Positions 37,325-46,930 of a DNA stretch of 64,000 nt are shown here, piece by piece. Under the pieces are notes generated by a model that saw only the letters and a list, made by a program, of their open reading frames with translations, had not been told where the DNA came from and did not search any database. This DNA comes from Azolla caroliniana (lineage: Eukaryota > Plantae > Polypodiophyta). The position numbers were made by a program, and so were the translations under genes. Within the stretch, counting starts at the first letter, position 1. Every line of letters begins with the position of its first letter. The stretch is from NCBI GenBank assembly GCA_043228905.1, contig JBHGNT010000012.1, forward strand, positions 5,332,001-5,396,000, in the 5' to 3' direction.

Positions 37325-40300
37325 TGTTGAGAGACAAGCTCAACATCGGCCGGATCGGCTGAAGAAGCCGAGGACCGGATCAGTTGGGACCGATCGGTTA
37401 GGCCGAGTGCGTAAACCGGGAGGTCGTTAGGAAAGATATTCCGTGAGGAATATATTTGGGAGTTAGTGTAGGAGCTCTTAATGAGCATTGAAGTACTGTC
37501 AGTACTTCGGTCAGTCCTTCCAGGACTTGTATAAAAGTGTTCACTGAGCACGTCTTATTTACAGACTGAGTATTATTTTTTAATATAGTTTTTGTGTCTT
37601 CTCTCTCACTCTTTCTGTCTCTCCCGCGTATACTGCGTAAGCTCAAGCTCTCCATTGAACCTGAGTTTCTTTCCTTCTGTTCCGTCTTCATACTTGCTTC
37701 CGCACGCGACTTTTTACATGGTATCAGAGCGCGAGGGTTGAGAACCTCTCTGTAGCCGACACAGCTTGACGAAGAAGAACGATGGATAGAGGCATGGCGA
37801 GCTCGCTTCCAACAGAGAAGTTCGACAAAACCAACTACGCGTCTTGGTACTACAAGATGCACCAGTACCTTCTCGGGCACGACTACTGGAGTTATGTCGA
37901 AGGAGCTAATACGCGGCACCCGAATCGACACACAGAGACTTCCTGTTGTGGGAGCAATCGGCGAGCAGGGTATTGTACTGCTTCGCGTCGTGTGTGGGTG
38001 AACAGCTACGGAGCTATGTTCGGGATGCAAAGCCGCCGAAGGGTGCGTGGGAAAATCTGAAGAAGATTTTCGCCGCGAGCACCACAACCAGGAAGCTTCA
38101 GCTCCGACAGGAGTTGAGCAACCTACGACAACGCGACTTGTCGGTGGCGGACTATACCTCAATGATCAAGGATATCTACGACTCCCTCGCCTCCATAGAG
38201 GTGAACATCGAGGAGAGCGAGATGGTCTAGATCTGTCTCGGAGGTTTGGCGTCGAAGTTCGGAGCGTTCCGAACGGCTGTGTGTACCCGGGAGAATACGC
38301 CTTCCTTTTTCGACTTACAGTTGATGCTCCTGGTAGAGGAGAACCACGCGGGTGCGTCTACAAGCACGCACACCGACAGCAGAATGCTGTACACGGAGGG
38401 AGATAGGCCCTGTGGACGTGGAGGACGAGGCGAGTCGGCACGCAATGGAGGCGGCCGACGAGATCAAGGAAGAAGGCACCGAAGTGATGCCGACAGCAAC
38501 TCCGGACCCTCCGGAAACAGGGGGAGTCGAAGCGATGAGAACCGGCAAGGGAAGGCCATCGCGGAGTGCTGGTACTGTGGCAAGAACCGGTTCCGGAAAC
38601 AGCTCCGGACATACCGACAAGGGAAATCGGCAGCGATCGCACTACGCTGAAGACTCCGGGAGAGACGGAGAAGGGTCTGTCTTCGTGACGAGGCACGAAG
38701 CAAAGTCAATGAAACAGAACACCCCGAGATTGGACGATGTGTGGTGTGTAGACTCCGGCGCGTCAAACCACATGATGAGCCATAAGGAGTGGTTCTCGTA
38801 CCTTGAAAAACCGATACAACCTGGAGTAGTCGCAACAGGAGACAACACTCCGCATCCGATCGCGAATGTCGGAGAAGTTCCCCTTAGCCATGTCGGGCAG
38901 AAAGGGAAACTCATGAACGTGTTGCACATTCCGACAATCACGAAGAACTTGGTCTCAGTCGGACAGATCGTCGACCAAGGGATGGAGGTTCGGTTTACAC
39001 ACCTCGGGTGCTTCATTGAGGAAGAAGGCCGTGTGATTGCGCAAGGGCGTAGAGACGGGAGGATGTTGATCCTCGATTCCACTAACCGCGGCACCGCAAT
39101 GTTCGCAATGGGACAAAAAGCCGAGTCGTACATCGACTTGTGGCACAAGCGGATAGGCCACGTCAACTACCAACGGCTTCAAGATCTGCAATCGAAACAG
39201 GTAGTGTTCGGATTGCCCAAGTTTAGTGGCCAAAAGGCACAAATTTGTGAAGCCTGCCAGCTCGGGAAGCAACACCGACTTCCTTTCCCCAACGAGCGAA
39301 ACCGGAGCCGGAATAAGCTCGACCTTATACATTCCGATGTATGGGGGCCGACACAAAACGTTAGTCTTGGCGGGAGCCGATATTTCGTCTCCTTCATCGA
39401 CGACCACACGCGGCACACGTGGATCTACCTCATTGAGAGGAAGAGCGAAGTCTTCGACTGTTTCCGGGACCTCAAAGGGTTCGTGGAAACGGAAACGGGA
39501 TGAAAGATCAAGTGCCTACGGTCGGATGGCGGGAAAGAGTACTTTTCTGGTCAATTCAACGGTTATCTACAACAAATGGGAATTCGGCGCGAATTCAGTT
39601 GTAGATACACGCCAGAGCAGAACGGCGTGGCCAAGAGGAAGAATCGGTCGATTGTGGAAGCGGCACGGGCAATGCTGGAGGAGAAGAGCTTGCCCAAGTT
39701 CTACTGGGCCGAGGCGGTAAGGACCGCGGTATACATCCAGAACCAGATCGGAGACAAAGTGTCGGCGCACGAGCTATATTTCGGAACGAAGCCGAACTTG
39801 CGACACTTGAGGGTGTTCGGTAGCATTGCGTATGTGCATGTACCAAAGGAGAAAAGGAGGAAGCTGGACGCAAAGGCCGAGAAGTGCATCTTGGTTGGTT
39901 ACTCGGACGAGCAGAAGGGTTATAAGTGTTATAACCCTCGCACCAAACAAGCACGTGTCAGCCGCGACGTTGTGTTTGACGAGTCCGCGTCCTGGTACCT
40001 GCCCCCACCTTGGAACCCCGACTCCAATCCGAGCTCTGACGATGAGGTCAGCGAGGCCGAGATGCCTCCGGATGAGCCCGAAATCGAGACCTGCGAAGAG
40101 AGTCCGACTTCACTCCGGTTAAGTGGACCGATTGGACGACTGAGTCGGTACGACCAGTCCGATGAAGAGCCGGCGAGTAGTGGAGACTCGGCCGTGCATT
40201 CCCCGCCCAGGAAGCCGAGGAGACGGCTTACGCGCAAAGAGAAAGGGAAAAAGAAGGTGTCCGATTCCGGCACGGATAAGAACGAGTTAGACCGACGCGA

Positions 40301-42944
40301 GTCCGACTCCGAGGGAACCGGTGACGGGTCTTTAAAGGTGAAGACCGCGTCGACCGAGAAGGCCTCGACATCGGCTAATGTGAGATTACGCCGATCTACC
40401 CGCCAGAAGAATCCTGTTTTGTGGTTCGGATACAACGAGTACATGGCGCATCATTATGCATACATGACCCGTGTAGCGGAAGTGCGTGAGCCGGAGAGCT
40501 ACGCAGAAGCGGCTAAGGACGCGAATTGGTGTGCCGCGATGGAGGAAGAGATGCACGCATTGGCAGAGAACGAGACCTGGGAACTGGTTGACGCACGAAA
40601 TGGGTAAAACCGATCGGGTGTAGGTGGGTGTACAAGGTCAAGTACAACACCGATGGCTCGGTCAACCGGTACAAGGCTCGGCTAGTGGCAAAGGGCTACG
40701 CGCAGAAACACGGCGTCGACTATGATGAGACATTTGCACCGGTCGCAAAAATGACGATCGTCCGTGTTTTGCTCGCAGTAGCCGCGGCCAAGGGATGGCA
40801 CTTACATCAGATGGATGTAAAGAATGCGTTCCTACAAGGTGACCTTGAGGAACAAGTGTACATGGTACAGCCCCCCGGATTTCACTTCGGAACGAACTCC
40901 TCGGTAGTATGCCGACTGAAGAAGTCCCTTTACGGACTGAAGCAAGCCCCGCGTGCCTGGAACATGAAGATCACGCAACAACTGCGTCGGATGGACTTCG
41001 TCACGTCAAAATCGGACTCTTCCCTATTCATCCGGAAAGATTGACTCGGACCGGTTAGTATTTTACTATATGTTGATGATTTGGTCATCACCGGTGCCGA
41101 CCTAGGAGAAATCGACCACGTGAAGCTCCAGCTTGCGACATCGTTCGACATGAAGGATCTGGGGGACCTTCATTACTTCCTCGGGATCGAAGTGATCCAT
41201 ACCCCCGAAGGCATATTGATCAGCCAACGTAATTACGTGCTGAGTATGCTCTTCAAATTCGGGATGGCCGACTGTAAGTCCGTCTCGACTCCTCTGGACA
41301 GAACCGTCAAGCTTCGTCCCAATACGGGAAAGGTATACGACCCTACGAGGTTCCGAAAAATTGTCAGAAGCCTCATATACTTGACCATCACCCAACCCGA
41401 CCTCAGTTATCCGGTCGGGGTGATCAGTCAGTTCATGGCGCGACCTACCGAGGAGCACCTTCAGTGTGCGCAACGCGTACTTCGATACGTAAGCGGCACT
41501 AAGGACCGAGGACTGCTATATCGGACCGGTGCAACCGTGCAGTTAGTCGGCTACACCGATGCTGATTGGGCTGGCAACGCCGCCGATCGCCGATCCACGT
41601 CTGGATACGCGTTCTCCCTCGGGAATGCCGCGATCGCGTGGAGCAGTAAGAAGCAGCCGACAGTTGCACTGTCGAGCACCGAAGCGGAGTACCGAGGAGC
41701 GGCTGTCGCGACATGCGAAGCCATATGGTTGAAGCAGCTACTTAAGGACCTGCAAGAGGAGGTGTCCGATCCAACGATGATCTACTGCGACAACTTCAGC
41801 AGCATCCAACTCGCGAAGAACCCCATCTTCCACGCACGGACCAAGCACATTGAGGTGCACTACCGTTTCGTCCGTGAGCGTGTCCTTTCCGATGAAGTCG
41901 AACTTCAGTACGTTCCAACGGATCGGCAGGCTGCCGAAACCTTCACCAAGCCTCTTGGTCTGGACAAGTTGCGGCAATTCTCAGGTGCGCTCGGATTGCG
42001 TCACCTTGACGTGCCGAACTTGAGGGGGAGAACAGTCCCGAACGACCAAGCAAGGCAGCAGGAAAGGAGCGGAGACCGCGACACCGAGTCGGTTGTCAAG
42101 TTCGACTTCGGATCGGCTGAGGAAGCCGAGGACGGACCCGCGGAGAAGTTCGGAAGCGGACAGAAGGGGAGCAACCGAAGGAGAGAGCCGAAGCCAACCA
42201 TGGATGGGGAAGATGACGCCATCGAGGGCGAGAAGACCGAAGACGAGTTGGAGACAGCCAACTCGGACGAGAGCGAAAACCGATCGGAGGTAGCCGAGTC
42301 GGTTCGGATGTTTGATTCAGTTACGCTGAATCAACCAAGGCCCAAGCGGAAGAAAAGGCAGCAGGAGAAGCGTCGACACCGCAACAACAGAAGAGCTGAT
42401 AAAGGCCGCATGAGCATACAAGCCGACCGGAAGGGTCGAAGCGCGCGGAATCGAACAGGTCGAGGAGCGCGAGCGAGGCGTGAAGCAAGGAGGAACCGGA
42501 GCCGTGAGCCCGAGGATTCCGAAGAGCCTCGAGCTGAGCTATGGGCCTACTGTTGAGAGACAAGCTCAACATCGGCCGGATCGGCTGAAGAAGCCGAGGA
42601 CCGGATCGGTTGGGACCGATCGGTTAGGCCGAGTGCGTAAACCGGGAGGTCGTTAGGAAAGATATTCCGTGAGGAATATATTTGGGAGTTAGTGTAGGAG
42701 CTCTTAATGAGCATTGAAGTACTATCAGTACTTCGGTCAGTCCTTCCAGGACTTGTATAAAAGTGTTCACTGAGCACGTCTTATGTACAGACTGAGTATT
42801 ATTTTTGAATATAGTTTTTGAGTCTTCTCTCTCACTCTTTCTGTCTCTCCCGCGTATACTGCATAAGCTCAAGCTCTCCATTGAACCTGAGTTTCCTTCC
42901 TTCTGTTCCGTCTTCATACTTGCTTCCGCACGCTACTTTTTACA
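37325..42944 (+). mobile_element. Full-length Ty1/Copia element K (a few stops and frameshifts)
   Basis: 394-bp LTRs 37325-37718 and 42551-42944 (about 8 differences by eye), TSD CCTTC, PBS TGGTATCAGAGC. Domain order gag - PR (VDSGASNH) - INT (HVN..CEAC, HSDVWGP, SDGGKEY) - RT (YVDDL) - RH. Confidence 0.97.
37782..42556 (+). pseudogene. Copia K gag-pol polyprotein, disrupted
   Basis: ORF pieces 37782-38060, 37946-38230, 38246-38650, 38352-39503, 39576-40607, 40628-41044 and 41081-42556 together cover all Copia domains. Confidence 0.92.
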
Positions 42945-45725
42945 CCTTCTTTAATACAACAATGTTGGTGGCAGATAGAGACATTGATAGCTTGTGGTGA
43001 CTTATCAAAGAATAGTGTCTTCATACAAGAGCACACCGACATCACAGGTAAAAGTTTCGTGATTATGTGCTCTTTTATAATTCATTTCTAATGAATAATA
43101 ATTTTTTCCTCTTGATGGGGATGGAATGCCATTTGCTTAGGCAAGTATCTTCCATTCGGATTTGCCATTTGCTTATGCCTATGATTTAAATTTTAAACAA
43201 TTTCTTCCTGCATTGTTACATCACATTGTTACTCCTTAGGGCCGGACAACAGCCTAACACAGGGTGTCCACTTAAGACACTTCACCAAAGGGTGTTACAA
43301 CGAGATAACTTACGACACAATGCTTAATTGGACCTTAATCGGTTACTTAGCAATACGTCATTAACACGCGTAAGATATACAATAAGCACAGAACGGTGAA
43401 CAATACTCAATGATTAAACAAAAGGTTTATATTACTCTCCGTTCATGACTACATTGTAACCAGGCCTTTATATAGGTCACCGGTGCGAAGTACAAAACGG
43501 TGCCAACCGGCACCTATTCGGGATCGGTCCGGATCCGGATCAGCATACAGATTCCGGTCCGTCCGTCCATATCTTCTCATATATTAATATATTAAGACTA
43601 GTAATTACAACAGATTCCCAAATAACAATTCCCCTTTTCACACCCTGGTCTTGGCGTCCTTAGCTCCTTTGCCGACCGGGTAACACATGGCATGCCCGTG
43701 GGACAGTACCTTGTACGTCAAATCCCACACCGGCCCCTTACTCTTCATCCAAGATATCCAAGATGCTTTGCTCCAGGATCTCCAGTGGCTCGATGAGAAT
43801 CTGTTGTTGCTGTTGTGGCTCCTGCGACTCCGGTTGTGACTCCGATTGTTGCTCTGGCACCAGCGTTTCCTTTGTTGTTTCCTCCATCGGAGTTGTCTCT
43901 AGTTGACTTACCCCGGCCTGGTCCCCGTTTGGTCCTTGTACCGGCGACGGTTCCTCATCACTAAGGTTGACCGTTGCCGCCTACCTTGTTTTTTCTTCCC
44001 TAAACCGGGACCGCTCATAGCTCTCAAACTAGATTTGAGCATCCATCCGATCGTCGTCTAGTTGAGCTATGAGTTGCCGGACCTGCACCAATTGCTCATC
44101 CGCCATAGCTGTGAAATCTTCTGCCAACTCATCCTTTATGGCGGTGAAGTCCTACGATGTGAGCATGTAACAGTCGTCACCTTCCTTCCGCCGGTTTTCC
44201 GCGTCCACCCTGAGCAACTGGAGTTCAACCGTATTCTGCACCCATTTCGTCCACCATCGCACGGAGCTCTCATCAATCAAGCGTTTGGTCTTGTTTAGCC
44301 ATGCCCAGAGGATGCACTGGATCCGTTCCATTCCCATCTGTGATTTGTTCTCCACGGCTTATCGCTCCTCTTTCAATTGCTTGATGATTCTGACCGTGTC
44401 CGCCTCCTGCTCCCTATAATGCGACAATTGACTTTGATAGGTTGTTTGCAACTTCTGTAACACCATTGTTGCCCTCTTCTTTTCTTCATGGTGCTGCTTG
44501 TGGAGCTCCATCCGATCCCTCGCCGCTTCCTCCAATAGCTTTGTATTCTCAGCCCATTCGTCGGCGAGTGCCGTCGTGGCCCTATCAACTTCCTGGCGAA
44601 GCTCGGCCATCCTTTCCTAATGTTGCTTATGCTCTGTGTCCAAGCTCTTAAAGTTCCGGTGCAGGTGGTCGAAGTCCTCTGTCTTCTGCTTCAACCTCTT
44701 GTTGATTTGCCGGCGAGCGCGGTCTTCCCGGTCCTTTTGTTGATGGAGTTCTTCTTTCAGCCTTTCGATTTCCGTTTCCGCCATCCGTCGTAGCTTGTCC
44801 TTCTCCTGCAACAATTTTTCTTTTTCCTCCTTTAGCCGGTCGTAAGCTTGATGCCCTTTCCGCAAATTTTCTTCTACCCGGCGGAGGTTTTCAGCAGTCT
44901 TCTTTAACTCCTCTTCTGCCGCTTTCTTCAAATCTCGTTCGCGGCTCCGTAGTGCTTCTTGTGCGGCAAGTTCGTCCCTTAATTAGGCAAGCTCTTGGGC
45001 TTGCGCCGCATCTTTCTCCGGGACGGTTTCTGTCTCTAGGGTCTTATTCGTATGTATAGGCGTGGTTGTTTCTTTATTGTGTACATCCACCGGAGTCACC
45101 AATGCTTGGATCTGTGTTGCGGTTAAGGCCATTTTGGCCATGTCTTCTGTGACCCAATCCAAGTCTTGTTCAAGGCACCGGATCCTTGACCGGGCCGTCT
45201 CTAGTTCATCGGTTATGACTAGCAACTGTCATGGCAAGACTCGAACCCATGACTTTATGCTACATGGGTCGAGCTCTTACCATTAGATTAGGAATTGTAT
45301 TTTGTAGGATATTATTTTCATTTATACTTTATCATAGAAAATTGATGTATATTCCAGATCTCTCTGGAACATTCTAGAAGCTTCAAGATTATTCCTAAAA
45401 ACACTATAAAAGGAGGCACAAGGCATTGTTTTGAACCAAATTGGTTCAACGCCAGTCTTAAGCCTCTTAGCCGCTTGTACTTATCTTTTCACATAATATA
45501 TAGCTGCTGTCATCATCTCTCTCATTCTCGCTATCTCTCTCTCTCTCCTCTTCTCACTTCCTCTCTCGGGAATCTTACGCAGTCCCGTCCTCTTAGTACT
45601 AATAGTACTGTTGTTCTTAGTACTAATTCCATCTCTGTTTTAGTACTATTCCTGACAGTTTGAACCAATTTTCCCTCTAGCCTACTTGTCACTCTCCCTC
45701 ATCCTCCTACCCTTTTCCCTATACT

Positions 45726-46883
45726 ATGGCTACTGTTAGCGCCCAAGAATACCAATCCGTTTTCTCCGAGCTACAATGCCTAAAAGAAAAGTTTGTTGCC
45801 CTGGAACAAGAAAACCAACGGCTGATAGGGGATCTGCAACAAATCGCTCTAGAAAAACAACAAACGCAACAACAACATGGGGAGTTAGCGTTACGGGTAC
45901 AACAACTCGAAGCAGCGTTGCAACAACAAGGATCCAGTCCCCAAGGATTTCATAAAGAGCCCAAGATTGGACTTCCTGTGAAATTTGATGGAACGCGTTC
46001 GCAATTCCGTGGATTCCTTAATCAGGTACGCTTAGTCATCCAGATGCATCCTTCCCGATATCCCACTGATGCATCTCGAGTCGGCCTAATAGGCACGCTA
46101 CTTAGCGGCTCAGCCTTGGCATGGTTTGCTCCGCTTCTAGAAAAACAATCACCTTTACTTAATAACTTTGAAGATTTTATTGGTGAGTTTAAAGCTTGCT
46201 TTGGAGACACCGACAGCATCAGGACGGCGATCAACAAGATCCGGCGATTGCGTCAAGGCGATCGTCCAGCCTCTGCCTACGCGGCGGATTTCCGCCTACT
46301 TGCTTCAGATATACCCTGGGATGATCAAGCACTAATGGAGCAGTTTCGCTATGGCTTGCGAAACGATGTCAAAGATCTACTTCTAACTTTCCCCGAAGAA
46401 CCAAAGTCTCTTACGGAGGCAATCAGTCGAGCAGTTCGATGTGACAACCGCCTTTTTGAACGGCGTTCAGAACGTCAATTACAGATACCACGCTCTAGGC
46501 CAGAGCCCACTTACGCCGCAGTCGCGGCTAAACCGTTTGCACGAGACACACCTCAAGCAAATACTTCGACACCGATGGAGATCGATACCATGCGTCGACG
46601 CGGCCCGTTATCGGAAGAAGAAAAGCAACGACGACGTGCCAATCGATTATGTCTTTATTGCGGTGGACCAGGACATATCGCCATCAATTGTCCCCATAGG
46701 CCAAGAAGACAGGTAAATCAAATCGTCGCCTGTACTAAACCCGAGTCAATTCTTCCCTTTGGAGTGTCTGATAGTATTAATAGTACTAATAGAGTGTCAG
46801 ATAGTATTCATAGTACTAATAGCCCAAGTATCTCAAATAAATTTGAAATCCTTAGTCAATTAGATGAAGAGTTAAACGATTGA
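45726..46883 (+). CDS. gag: Gag (N-terminal coiled coil, retrotransposon capsid, CCHC knuckle)
   Basis: 385-aa ORF with KFDGTRSQFRGFLNQ, LRQG, PMEID and CLYCGGPGHIAINC. Confidence 0.95.
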   Translation: MATVSAQEYQSVFSELQCLKEKFVALEQENQRLIGDLQQIALEKQQTQQQHGELALRVQQLEAALQQQGSSPQGFHKEPKIGLPVKFDGTRSQFRGFLNQVRLVIQMHPSRYPTDASRVGLIGTLLSGSALAWFAPLLEKQSPLLNNFEDFIGEFKACFGDTDSIRTAINKIRRLRQGDRPASAYAADFRLLASDIPWDDQALMEQFRYGLRNDVKDLLLTFPEEPKSLTEAISRAVRCDNRLFERRSERQLQIPRSRPEPTYAAVAAKPFARDTPQANTSTPMEIDTMRRRGPLSEEEKQRRRANRLCLYCGGPGHIAINCPHRPRRQVNQIVACTKPESILPFGVSDSINSTNRVSDSIHSTNSPSISNKFEILSQLDEELND

Positions 46884-46930
46884 GTCCAGCCAAAATAGGA
46901 GCCATTTGGTTGGACAGCAGCCCTAGATCT
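46871..46930 (+). promoter_or_regulatory. Putative -1 ribosomal frameshift signal
   Basis: G_TTA_AAC in the gag frame, 6-nt spacer, 11-bp stem gtccagccaaa/tttggttggac. Confidence 0.75.

Noticed and set aside
44359-45225. Host SMC/myosin-like gene
   Set aside because: Lies between the LTRs of L, has no introns, and is continuous with L's extra ORF.
45227-45300. Functional tRNA gene
   Set aside because: A/B boxes are present, but acceptor, anticodon and T stems do not pair properly; treated as a tRNA-derived cassette.
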